Source: Cyanobacteria bacterium P01_A01_bin.123
GTDB lineage: Bacteria; Cyanobacteriota; Cyanobacteriia; Phormidesmidales; Phormidesmidaceae
DNA length: 64,000 bases
Assembly: GCA_039815185.1 (NCBI GenBank)
Contig: JBCBZT010000002.1
Location: 1 to 64,000 of the forward strand
Reading direction: 5' to 3'
Below the pieces are notes generated by a model. That model had not been told where the DNA came from and made no database searches. It was given only the letters and a program-made list of their open reading frames with translations. Shown here piece after piece: positions 42,634 through 51,794 of this stretch. Each line of letters begins with the position of its first letter. Position 1 is the stretch's first letter. A program made the translations under genes and the position numbers.

Positions 42634-43172
42634 TTAATGCCTTGGTTTGTAGTTCAGCATGCCGCCCATCATCGCCCCGATAACCGTGGCAGGGAGCACC
42701 GCCAAAATCAGGACTAGACCGCTATAGGTGATGCCCAACATGCCGTCACCGGCTGTTTCAGGATTTGCCATCTCTACAAAAATCCCAGGACTAGCCACGC
42801 GGCAACCGATGGCAAAGGCAATCACGGCGGCGATCAGACTTCCCAGCACCATGTTTAACCCCAGTTGGGCACCTTTGAGTAGAGATCGCTGCACCATAGC
42901 GGCAATGATTCCCGCCACTAAGCTAATTGCCGTGCCAAGAATGCCAGCGATAAAGACCGTGATGAAAACTAAATAGACGAGGGCAGGCCATCCCCCGCGA
43001 TCGCGAGATATAAAACGCTCACCCCTACCATTGCCCCCACCAGCCAAGGGATAACTGCCCGCGATCGCCTTTGCCGCTGCATCAGTTTGAGGATGACAGT
43101 AAGAGCAACGCCCACCAGCATCACAGGAATCAAAAATATAACGTAGCCTAACCATGGATCGGCAATCAGCAT
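42634..43172 (-). pseudogene. Frameshifted membrane protein gene
   Basis: Hydrophobic ORF MLIADPWLGY...LAIAG continues as GWPALVYLVF... in another frame at a G5 run (plus strand C5 42992-42996). Confidence 0.65.
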
Positions 43173-43294
43173 GACCAGTTGCGATGATGTGTATCAGATA
43201 CCCCAGAAAACATCATGCCTTTCGGGCATTCCGCGTAATCTTTTGCAACCTCGCTAAGATTTCATGACTTAACACGACCCTGTTCACCTGCTAG

Positions 43295-43338
43295 GTATCC
43301 ACAGCTACAGAGTCGTCGGGGCAGGCCCGATTTACTAT
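43295..43338 (+). promoter_or_regulatory. Putative NtcA-activated promoter of the GS-like/amine oxidase unit
   Basis: GTA-tccacagc-TAC (43295-43308), then TACTAT (43333-43338) after a 24-nt spacer. Confidence 0.6.
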
Positions 43339-43449
43339 CCACAAGACCGCAGCAGATAACAGTCCAACCCAGGCTGCTGATAATAGACCCCATCCGGATT
43401 TAGAAAGTCAGATTGAGATGGGGTCGATATTGAAATTGGAGAGATTTTT

Positions 43450-44952
43450 GTGACTGTAGCGATTTCCAAACCCGAAACCCTCACAGACTTAGAAGCCTAC
43501 GTAAGCCAGTCAGAACGGGCTGAGCTGGTGAAACAGGTACGGGCCAAAATTGATCAACTGGGCATTCAATACATCTACTACCAGTTCGTTTCTGTCACCG
43601 GGCGGATCACGGGTAAAGGGGTTCCGGCGTCTCACTGGGAAAGCATTGCCGAGCGTGGAATCCAGCTCGTCTATGGGGCAATGGCAAACCTGTTTTTAGA
43701 TCGCTACGGTAACTACATTGGCTATGGGCCAGAAGCGTCAGAACTGGTTGCGATTCCTGACCCAGATACTTTTTGCCAACTGCCCTGGGATAAGCGTGTG
43801 GCGCGGGTGTTTTGCACCTGCTTCCGCAACCGGGAGGAGCCTGAAAATCCTGGCGGGTATCTGACTGCCGATTGCCGGGGCAATCTGCGTCGTATCCACG
43901 CCCAGTTTCAAGCAGACCATAACGGCCTCCATTTGCGCCACGGCACCGAACCCGAAATGATGTGGTTGAAGAAGGGGGCAGATGGCAAACCCGACGGCGG
44001 GGCGACCCATCCCTACTGCTATCACATCGACCAGTTTGAGCAACTGCGTCCGGTGGTGTTGAAGGTGATTGAGTACTGCAACGCCATGGGCCTAGACATG
44101 ATCCAGGGCGATCATGAAGATGCACCCGGTCAGCTCGAACTAAACTTTATGTTCGATAATGCCCTACGCACTGCCGATCGATTAACTACGTATCGCCAAA
44201 TTTGCTCCCAGGTAGCGCGGGAGTTTGGGCTAATAGCTTGCTTTATGTCTAAGCCGTTTATGGGCCTCTCTGCAAATGGTTGCCACCACAACCTATCGCT
44301 TTGGTACGGTGGTGAAGACAAGGTAGAAACCTTAGGGCAAGACTCACTCCCAGGCATGGAAGGCACGTTCAGCTATCGTAAGGGGGGTGAAAACACCTTC
44401 TTGCCTGACCCGGAGTTGAGCAAGACGAAACCTGGCCCTATTGGTCTCCAGTCCATTGGCGGGGTGATTGAGCACTTGGGTGCCCTGACTGCCATTGGTT
44501 GCTCTACTGTTAACTCTTACCGCCGCCTGTGGGATACGGGCTTATGGGCTCCCGTCTATGCCGACTGGGGTTTTCAAAACCGGACGTGCGGGCTACGGGT
44601 GTCGGCCCCAGGGCGGTTTGAATACCGGGCGGTGGACTCGATGGTGAATCCGTATTTGATGGCGTCTGCCATCCTCAAAGCCTTTGACGACGGCATCAAG
44701 CGCAACCTGGATCCGGGTGAACCGGAAGAGCGCAATCTTTACGAAGCCATGGAGGCGGGTAAGCAAGTGAAGAAGCTGCCCATGTCCCTAGGCGATGCCC
44801 TGGCTCGTTTAGAAGAAGACGAGGTGATTCAGTCGGCGATGCCGGAGGATATGTACCGGATCTTTGCCTGGTACAAGCGGGATGAGTGGGAGAAGTTTTT
44901 GGCGACCGTGACGGATTGGGATACAGATATGTATCTGGATTGCTTGCCTTAG
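43450..44952 (+). CDS. Glutamine-synthetase-like protein, probable gamma-glutamyl-amine ligase
   Basis: GTEPE, HEDAPGQLE, NGCHHNLS, NSYRRL, NRT, FEYR; the flap reads WAP instead of EAP and there is no DGSS. Confidence 0.85.
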   Translation: MTVAISKPETLTDLEAYVSQSERAELVKQVRAKIDQLGIQYIYYQFVSVTGRITGKGVPASHWESIAERGIQLVYGAMANLFLDRYGNYIGYGPEASELVAIPDPDTFCQLPWDKRVARVFCTCFRNREEPENPGGYLTADCRGNLRRIHAQFQADHNGLHLRHGTEPEMMWLKKGADGKPDGGATHPYCYHIDQFEQLRPVVLKVIEYCNAMGLDMIQGDHEDAPGQLELNFMFDNALRTADRLTTYRQICSQVAREFGLIACFMSKPFMGLSANGCHHNLSLWYGGEDKVETLGQDSLPGMEGTFSYRKGGENTFLPDPELSKTKPGPIGLQSIGGVIEHLGALTAIGCSTVNSYRRLWDTGLWAPVYADWGFQNRTCGLRVSAPGRFEYRAVDSMVNPYLMASAILKAFDDGIKRNLDPGEPEERNLYEAMEAGKQVKKLPMSLGDALARLEEDEVIQSAMPEDMYRIFAWYKRDEWEKFLATVTDWDTDMYLDCLP

Positions 44953-45059
44953 ATCGGGATGGCGATGCCGTTGATGATGAGTACCCCTCTGCCTGCGGCA
45001 CCTCCCCTTATGAAGGGGAGGATGGGTTGGGTCTGCTGTTAATGCACTCAAGTTGAGCT

Positions 45060-47042
45060 ATGTCTTGGATTCCCTGTGTACGTGGCTGGTTTATTTCCCT
45101 TTGTCTGCTGATCACTGTATTTATTGCAGGCTCAGGTTCAGCCTGGGCTGCTGCCTCACATCCCATGGATGCCCTCAGCCCTGCGGAATATAAGACCGCG
45201 CTTGGCATCTTAAAAGATGAGGGGCTGGTCAACGAAGACAGCCGCTACCCGTTTATTCAGCTCCAGCCACCCCCTAAAGCTGCCATGCTGGATTGGCAAC
45301 CAGGGGAACCTTTTGAACGTTCAGCTTTTGCCATGGTTAAGCAAGGGCCTGAGGTTTATGAGGCGGTGGTAAATCTAACGCGACGGGAAGTGTCGCGTTG
45401 GGAAGCGATCGCGGATGTACAAGCGGGCATCCTCTTAAGCGAATGGACGGGGGCTCAAGACATCACGCTGGCCGATCCGGCGTGGCAGGCGGCGGTTAAA
45501 AAACGGGGCATTGAAGCGGCTGACTATGGGGGCATTGTTTGTGCGCCCCTGACTGCAGGCTATTATGACCTGCCAGAAGAAGCAGGGCGGCGCTTATTTA
45601 AGGTCAACTGCTTTGATGGGCGGGATACGGAAAACTTTTGGGGTCGTCCGATTGAAGGCATCACGGCAGTCGTCGATATCGATGCGGGTCGGGTAATCAA
45701 GCTGGTGGATACGGGCGTTGTGCCGATGCCCACCGCATCTGCTGGATATACCGAAGCAGAAGTTACTCAGCAGAGCGCGCCCAAACCCCTGGACTGGACA
45801 GAAGCTAAGGGTCATGACTACACCTTTAACGGGCAAGTGGTGGATTGGCACAACTGGCAGTTCCATGTGCGCCTGGATTCGCGGGTGGGGCCGATTTTTT
45901 CCCTAGTAAAGTACAACGATCACGACAACTGGCGATCGGTAATGTACGAGGGGTCGCTGTCGGAGCTGTTTGTGCCCTACCAAAGCAGCGACCCCAACTG
46001 GTATTTCCGCACCTATATGGATGCGGGGGAATATGGGGCAGGGAAGTTGGCGGTGCCGCTGGAGCGCGATCGCGATTGTCCTTCCACTGCGGTGTATCTG
46101 GATGCAGTATTTGCCGATGACAGGGGGCAACCCTATACCCAAGCCGATGCCGCCTGCATCTTTGAACGCTATGGCGGCGACCCGGTGTGGCGACATACGG
46201 ATGCTCTGGTAGGTAAGTCGGCTAGCCGTCGCGATCGCGAATTGGTGGTTCGCTTCGTCACGGTCATTGGCAACTATGACTATCTGTTTGACTGGTCTTT
46301 TGGCGAAAACGGCACGCTCAAAGTGCGCTTTGGGGCCAGCGGGATGGAAGAGGTGCAGGCGGTTCCGGCGATGCGCGTTGACGGTGAAGCGATGACGAGT
46401 GAAGCCTTTGGTCGCATGGTTGCCCCCCAAACCCTAGCTGTCAACCACGACCACTTCTTTAGCTTCCGCCTCGACATGGACGTAGACGGGCCAGACAACA
46501 GCTTCGTTTGTGACGACCTCAAAACTGTTGCGGTCAAAGCAAGTCCCCGTACCAGTCTCTGGACCGTTGACTCTCACACGGCCAAAACCGAATCGGAAGC
46601 CCAGATGCGGCTGAATATTCGTGAACCTGCCCTGTGGCGAGTGGTCAATCCCCATGCGGAGAATTTTGTGGGCTATCCCACTAGCTACGAGTTCAAATCC
46701 CACGGTAATGCCATGTCGCTAATGCAGCCCGACGACTATCCTCAGCAGCGGGCAGGCTTTACCAACTATCACCTGTGGGTAACGCCCTACGCAGCAGATG
46801 AACGCTATGCGGCGGGCAATTATCCCAACCAAAGCCATGGCGGCGATGGGCTACCCGCTTGGACGGGGCAGGATCGTCCGATTGAAGATACGGATATTGT
46901 GGTTTGGTACACGCTGGGGTTACACCATGTGGTGCGGGCAGAAGATTGGCCGGTGTTGCCAACGGAATGGCACGAATTTGAAGTGCGGCCTTTTGACTTT
47001 TTTGATGGGAATCCAGCGTTGGAGATTTCGTCTAAAAGTTAG
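45060..47042 (+). CDS. Secreted copper/TPQ primary-amine oxidase (TynA/MaoA family)
   Basis: Signal peptide ending SAWA; HPMDAL; catalytic Asp in YMDAGEYG; TPQ consensus NYDY; Cu ligands in HDH and LHH. Confidence 0.92.
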   Translation: MSWIPCVRGWFISLCLLITVFIAGSGSAWAAASHPMDALSPAEYKTALGILKDEGLVNEDSRYPFIQLQPPPKAAMLDWQPGEPFERSAFAMVKQGPEVYEAVVNLTRREVSRWEAIADVQAGILLSEWTGAQDITLADPAWQAAVKKRGIEAADYGGIVCAPLTAGYYDLPEEAGRRLFKVNCFDGRDTENFWGRPIEGITAVVDIDAGRVIKLVDTGVVPMPTASAGYTEAEVTQQSAPKPLDWTEAKGHDYTFNGQVVDWHNWQFHVRLDSRVGPIFSLVKYNDHDNWRSVMYEGSLSELFVPYQSSDPNWYFRTYMDAGEYGAGKLAVPLERDRDCPSTAVYLDAVFADDRGQPYTQADAACIFERYGGDPVWRHTDALVGKSASRRDRELVVRFVTVIGNYDYLFDWSFGENGTLKVRFGASGMEEVQAVPAMRVDGEAMTSEAFGRMVAPQTLAVNHDHFFSFRLDMDVDGPDNSFVCDDLKTVAVKASPRTSLWTVDSHTAKTESEAQMRLNIREPALWRVVNPHAENFVGYPTSYEFKSHGNAMSLMQPDDYPQQRAGFTNYHLWVTPYAADERYAAGNYPNQSHGGDGLPAWTGQDRPIEDTDIVVWYTLGLHHVVRAEDWPVLPTEWHEFEVRPFDFFDGNPALEISSKS

Positions 47043-47128
47043 AAAGATGCGTCACCATCTCAGCACGTTTGAGTCAAGGTTGCTCCCTATCAGATGCACT
47101 AGTGTTGCGGAGGTATTCCCTGTAGAAC

Positions 47129-47461
47129 CTAGCCATTCATGCCGTCCTCGTCGTTTTCGACGGCGATCGCTTGATCAATCTCATCGGCATGGCTGGCATA
47201 GTAGGCCCGTGCCACGGTTAGGTCGAAGGGAGTGAGCCCAGGAAAGTTATGGAGCAGTTCAGCATCGTCAGCGCCTTGTTCTTGCAAGGAGATTAGCGTC
47301 CAAACGGAAATGCGGGTGTTACGGATACGAGCATGTCCGCCACAGACCCCCGCTGTTTTTTGGACGCTGCGGGTGGTGAGTTGTTGTTGGAACAGGGCAT
47401 AGTCCTCTGGAGGCAAGGACTCAACGGCCTGGACGAGGGATTCCACAAGTTTGGTGTTCAT
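47129..47461 (-). CDS. DUF433 antitoxin-like protein; partner toxin apparently truncated
   Basis: GVCGGHARIRNTRISVWTL; the overlapping MARFY start typical of a DUF5615 partner loses similarity at once. Confidence 0.8.
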   Translation of the reverse strand: MNTKLVESLVQAVESLPPEDYALFQQQLTTRSVQKTAGVCGGHARIRNTRISVWTLISLQEQGADDAELLHNFPGLTPFDLTVARAYYASHADEIDQAIAVENDEDGMNG

Positions 47462-47739
47462 CAAAGCAACCGGGAAAAGGGGCTGAACTCTTTTCAAAAT
47501 CTAGCGTCACGACTTCATAGGGGATACAGAATTTTAAGATTGAATCACAAGCTGAGGCACAGGCTAATTCAATCGTCAAAGTCGCGTCAATCGATTTATT
47601 AAGTCTGACTACGAATTTTGATAGCAGGAGTTATAAGCATAGATTGTGCCAGCAATACAGGCTCGAAAAATTGCAAATGAGTACCCTTACAAATCCGGGC
47701 ATAATGGAGTAAGCCAGATACTCACATAGGAACTATCTT

Positions 47740-49881
47740 ATGGTCAACGTCGTTCGAGGCGATGTCGCTAAACCAGTTTCATCTAAAAGGCTAGCCGAAT
47801 ACTTTGAAGCCAGAGTTGATATTGATGGCAGCCTATACATGGGATATCCAATTATAGGAACTCCGCAAGGAGGCTATCAAATCGACGCTCTTTTAATATC
47901 AAGAGAACACGGCGTCGTTATTTTTAACTTGGTAGAAGGTATTGAAAGTGATGTTGATATAGAAGAGGTACAGGATGAGAGTATAACTAAAATTCAATCG
48001 AAGCTCCTTCAACATAAGGCACTGACTAGTAGAAGAAGGCTAATGGTTGAAATCAATGTTGTCACTTATGCACCGGCTTTAAGTCATAAGCCAAGTATCT
48101 CCGAAGATTATCATGTGCTCATCAATGAGAATGAGTTAGCAGAGTATCTCAATTCTCAGAGTTGGGAACATGATGAATATTTTGAGAAGCTTAATTCAGT
48201 AATTCAAGCCATTACCTCTATCAGAAAAAGAAAACAGAGGAACTATGTACAACAGGAGAATTCTCGAGGTGCAAAGTTAAGCAGATTAGAGGATTCAATA
48301 GCAAATTTAGACAGGAATCAGAGTGCTGCTGTAATTGAAACTGTAGAGGGAGTACAAAGAATTAGAGGGCTTGCAGGCTCAGGAAAAACTATTGTTCTAG
48401 CTCTCAAGGTTGCATATTTACATGCAAAGCATCCTGATTGGAATATAGCTGTAACTTTTAATACTCGCTCGCTTAAAGGTCAGTTCAAACAGCTAATTAA
48501 TACATTTACTATTGAACATACTAGCGAGGAACCAGATTGGGAAAAGGTAAAAATCATACATGCTTGGGGTAGTCCTTCCAAGGATGGAATTTATTATGAA
48601 TTTTGTAAGAGACATAATGTAGAATATCGAGATCTCAGCAGAGCCAGAAAAATCGCTAACTCATATGGTCAGGAGTTTGATGCTGTTTGCGAGGAATCCC
48701 TCAGTAAAGTATCAGAATTTGAACAATATTATGATGCGATTTTGATTGATGAAGCACAAGATTTCTCCAAACACTTCCTAAGGCTTTGCTATGAAATTCT
48801 CACAGAACCAAAGAGGCTAGTGTATGCCTATGATGAATTGCAAAGCTTAAATAAAAAAGTAATGGAATCGCCAGAGTCTATTTTTGGTGATGACTCTTAT
48901 GGTAATCCTCGTGTTCTATTGCAGAATCGTATTGGTGAACCTAAACAAGACATTATCTTAGAGAAATGCTATAGAAATTCCCGCCCAATTTTAGTCTCTG
49001 CTCATTCTCTTGGCTTTGGGATATATAGGGACGATGGGCTGGTTCAGATGTTTGAATACTCTGGTTTGTGGAGAGATATTGGCTACGAGGTTGAAGAAGG
49101 AAATTTAGAAGACAATAGTTCTGTAAAACTTGCTAGAAACGAGAATACAAGCCCAAGATTTCTCGAAACTCATTCCTCAATAGAGGACTTAATTATATTT
49201 AAGTCATTTGATACTGATGGTGATCAAATTGAATGGCTTGTTAACCAGATAGACACAAATTTGAAGCAAGATGAGTTAAAGTATGACGACATAATGGTCA
49301 TACATACAAATCCATTGACAGCCAGAAAAGCCCTAGGAGTTGCTAGAGAAGCTCTTTTTGACAAAGGCATTAACTCCAGCTTAGCCGGAGTAACGACTTC
49401 ACCCGATGAATTTTTCAATGAAAATTCCATCGTTTTCACTAGTATCAACAGAGCCAAAGGTAACGAAGCTGCAATGATTTATGTGATTAATGCACAATTA
49501 TGCTTTTCTGGTTTTGAGCTTGCGAGAAAGAGAAATATTCTATTCACTGCAATGACTCGAAGCAAGGCTTGGTTGAGAGTTGTCGGACATGGTGAGAGCA
49601 TGAAAAGCTTAGTGCATGAATATGAAAAAGTAAAACAAAAGAATTTTACTCTCGATTTCCTATATCCCAGCGAATCAGAACGAAGGAGAATGAATCTTGT
49701 TAATAGAGATATGAGTCCTAGAGAACGTGAACTTCTGAAAGACAGGAGTAAGCAGGATAATTTCAAGGAAGTACTTGAGGCTCTTGTGCAAGGTGAAATC
49801 CATCTTGAAGACTTACCTTCTGATGTTCAAGAGAGTTTGAAGAAATTTGCAACCAATCAGCCTGAGACCAAAAGTGACTAA
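47740..49881 (+). CDS. SF1 (UvrD-like) helicase with an N-terminal NERD-like domain
   Basis: GLAGSGKT, IDEAQD, CYRNS, RAKGNE, FTAMTRSK; low GC. Confidence 0.88.
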   Translation: MVNVVRGDVAKPVSSKRLAEYFEARVDIDGSLYMGYPIIGTPQGGYQIDALLISREHGVVIFNLVEGIESDVDIEEVQDESITKIQSKLLQHKALTSRRRLMVEINVVTYAPALSHKPSISEDYHVLINENELAEYLNSQSWEHDEYFEKLNSVIQAITSIRKRKQRNYVQQENSRGAKLSRLEDSIANLDRNQSAAVIETVEGVQRIRGLAGSGKTIVLALKVAYLHAKHPDWNIAVTFNTRSLKGQFKQLINTFTIEHTSEEPDWEKVKIIHAWGSPSKDGIYYEFCKRHNVEYRDLSRARKIANSYGQEFDAVCEESLSKVSEFEQYYDAILIDEAQDFSKHFLRLCYEILTEPKRLVYAYDELQSLNKKVMESPESIFGDDSYGNPRVLLQNRIGEPKQDIILEKCYRNSRPILVSAHSLGFGIYRDDGLVQMFEYSGLWRDIGYEVEEGNLEDNSSVKLARNENTSPRFLETHSSIEDLIIFKSFDTDGDQIEWLVNQIDTNLKQDELKYDDIMVIHTNPLTARKALGVAREALFDKGINSSLAGVTTSPDEFFNENSIVFTSINRAKGNEAAMIYVINAQLCFSGFELARKRNILFTAMTRSKAWLRVVGHGESMKSLVHEYEKVKQKNFTLDFLYPSESERRRMNLVNRDMSPRERELLKDRSKQDNFKEVLEALVQGEIHLEDLPSDVQESLKKFATNQPETKSD

Positions 49882-49918
49882 CATATTAATAAGTAGAATG
49901 ATACATAACTATTCTGTT

Positions 49919-50040
49919 AAGAGCACCTCGAAAATAAATTTGGACTCCAAAACCGATAGCTGAAATCCTTTAATTCTCGTTGATGATTCTCAATCATGAG
50001 AGCTTATTCTCAATGACCTTGAATTAATCGAGGTGCTCTT
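49919..50040. mobile_element. MITE-like 122-bp element
   Basis: Perfect 13-bp terminal inverted repeats aagagcacctcga / tcgaggtgctctt; non-coding interior. Confidence 0.6.
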
Positions 50041-50199
50041 CAGATAATTAATTCTCATTAAGTTCAAAAAAAATGCGCTGCTTTCGAAAGCAGCTTCTTT
50101 TATGTATTCTATGAAAATGTTATATATCTATTTAAGATACTGCTGTTTGGATCTAGAGTTTGAGCAGTGGCAGCAATTTCACAATGAATCATTTTAGCT

Positions 50200-50865
50200 A
50201 TGCTAGACCATCTCGGCATTCATAATCAGGTGAGTACAATTACTCAGAAGTTGATATCTATTAACTTGTCAGTTAAACAAAAGTTTCCTTCATGTACGAC
50301 AACGGGAAGAGATAGCTACAAAATCTCATATTCGGGCATGCAGGATATTTCGATAGCTCTTAAAAATGTTGAGTATAAGGAAATATATGAAGAGTTAGAT
50401 GAAGATGAAAATTACAATATAAAAATGATTGATGGGGCACTAATACAACTCTTATATACTTACAAAGACTCTACCTTAGCTTCACATCGGCTAGCCTTCT
50501 TTCCATCTCCTTTTTTACACGACTTTCAGAATGAACCTGAAATATATGAGGAAGATGAAATATATGCAGATATAATAGCTAAAAATGTACTACCTGTTCC
50601 TGTCAGATTTGATTTTGATTATGATCCAAAAAAACACGTAGAGTTAGACCATCCTAAATGCCATTTAACTTTGGGACAGTTTAAGAACTGTAGAATCCCT
50701 GTGTGTTCTCCGATCACTCCAAATGCATTTATAGATTTTATTCTTCGCAGTTTTTACAATACTGCATTTCAAAAATTTACTGACCAATTAAATTTCTCTA
50801 GTAATTTATTTGATGAGACTATTACTTCTACAGAAAAGAAGCTAATACATTTAGCTATTTCTTAA
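50200..50865 (+). CDS. DUF2290-family protein
   Basis: MIDGALIQL, HRLAFFPSP, PVRFDFD, HPKCHLTLGQFKNCRIPV; follows the helicase. Confidence 0.8.
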   Translation: MLDHLGIHNQVSTITQKLISINLSVKQKFPSCTTTGRDSYKISYSGMQDISIALKNVEYKEIYEELDEDENYNIKMIDGALIQLLYTYKDSTLASHRLAFFPSPFLHDFQNEPEIYEEDEIYADIIAKNVLPVPVRFDFDYDPKKHVELDHPKCHLTLGQFKNCRIPVCSPITPNAFIDFILRSFYNTAFQKFTDQLNFSSNLFDETITSTEKKLIHLAIS

Positions 50866-51157
50866 AGGTTCTAAAAAATTAGTGTAATCGCTCATCGCCG
50901 TAGGATAGGCTGAGGAATAAAACCCATCAGTTAAGATATTTTTTCGCCTGATTTATTCCTTCGTTTTATATGTTGAGATGTCTACTTTTAAGATAATCAT
51001 TTGATTGGATATCCAATACTTTTTATTAGGTTATGCTATCACCAACCCAACCTATAAGGGCGGCGATCGCATTGCTCAACAAGAGCAGCAAAGTTATTTT
51101 TGTTCTTTAGCTCTGAAACTTTATGCGACCTACAATGGTACCGTCTTGAGATTCCTT

Positions 51158-51405
51158 ATGGATTTCCTATCTGTTCGTCAAGCTAGAGACAAGCTGTACT
51201 CCCTGATTGATGAGGTTGCCGAAAATCACAATCCTGTTTTTATCGCTGGCAAGCGCAACGAAGCGGTTCTCATTGCTAAGGCAGATTGGGCGCGATTCAA
51301 GAAACCTTATATCTCAATAACATTCCTGGGATGGTTGAATCTATTCAGAATACAGCACAAGAACCGCTTGAAGACTGCACAGAACTTAAGGACTTAGATT
51401 GGTGA
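51158..51405 (+). pseudogene. Frameshifted YefM/Phd antitoxin
   Basis: ARDKLYSLIDEVAENHNPVFIAGKRNEAVLIAKADW then IQETLYLNNIPGMVESI...LDW* in a different frame; shift near 51290. Confidence 0.8.
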
Positions 51406-51490
51406 GCTGGAAGGTCGTCCTATCTAAGCAGGCAACTAAAGATGCTAAGCAAGTGGCCGCTTCTGGCCTTAAGCGCAATGTCCAGAAATG
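51402..51490 (+). pseudogene. Truncated YoeB/Txe toxin
   Basis: GTG start overlapping the antitoxin stop; MSWKVVLSKQATKDAKQVAASGLK, then similarity ends. Confidence 0.7.
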
Positions 51491-51765
51491 TCATAGCGTG
51501 TCTGGATCAATGCCGCGATCGCGTAGTTTCTGCAGAAGCTCTTCTCTCTGCTGTCGCTCCTGAGCCGCTAACGCCTCAGCCTGCAAGCGTCGCTGCTGTT
51601 CTTGAGCTGCCCTTGCACGCTCCAGTGCAATCACATTTTCTGGGGCTGGGTAAGCTTGCCCCTGTGGGTCATACCAATGCAGCCAGTCACGTAGCGGTAG
51701 ACCCTCATGAGTGCCCTGGGCAACGCCAATAAATACCCAACCCAATTTCTGGCATCCAAACCGGG
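51491..51765 (-). pseudogene. C-terminal remnant of a Uma2-family endonuclease
   Basis: PVWMPEIGLGI, a 4-bp TATT duplication, then WLHWYDPQG...LQKLRDRGIDPDTL. Confidence 0.7.
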
Positions 51766-51794
51766 TGGGTATCAAAACACCTAGCTCAGCCAAT

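Noticed and set aside
43450..44952. Canonical glnA
   Set aside because: It lacks DGSS and the flap Glu required for ammonium-dependent glutamine synthetase.
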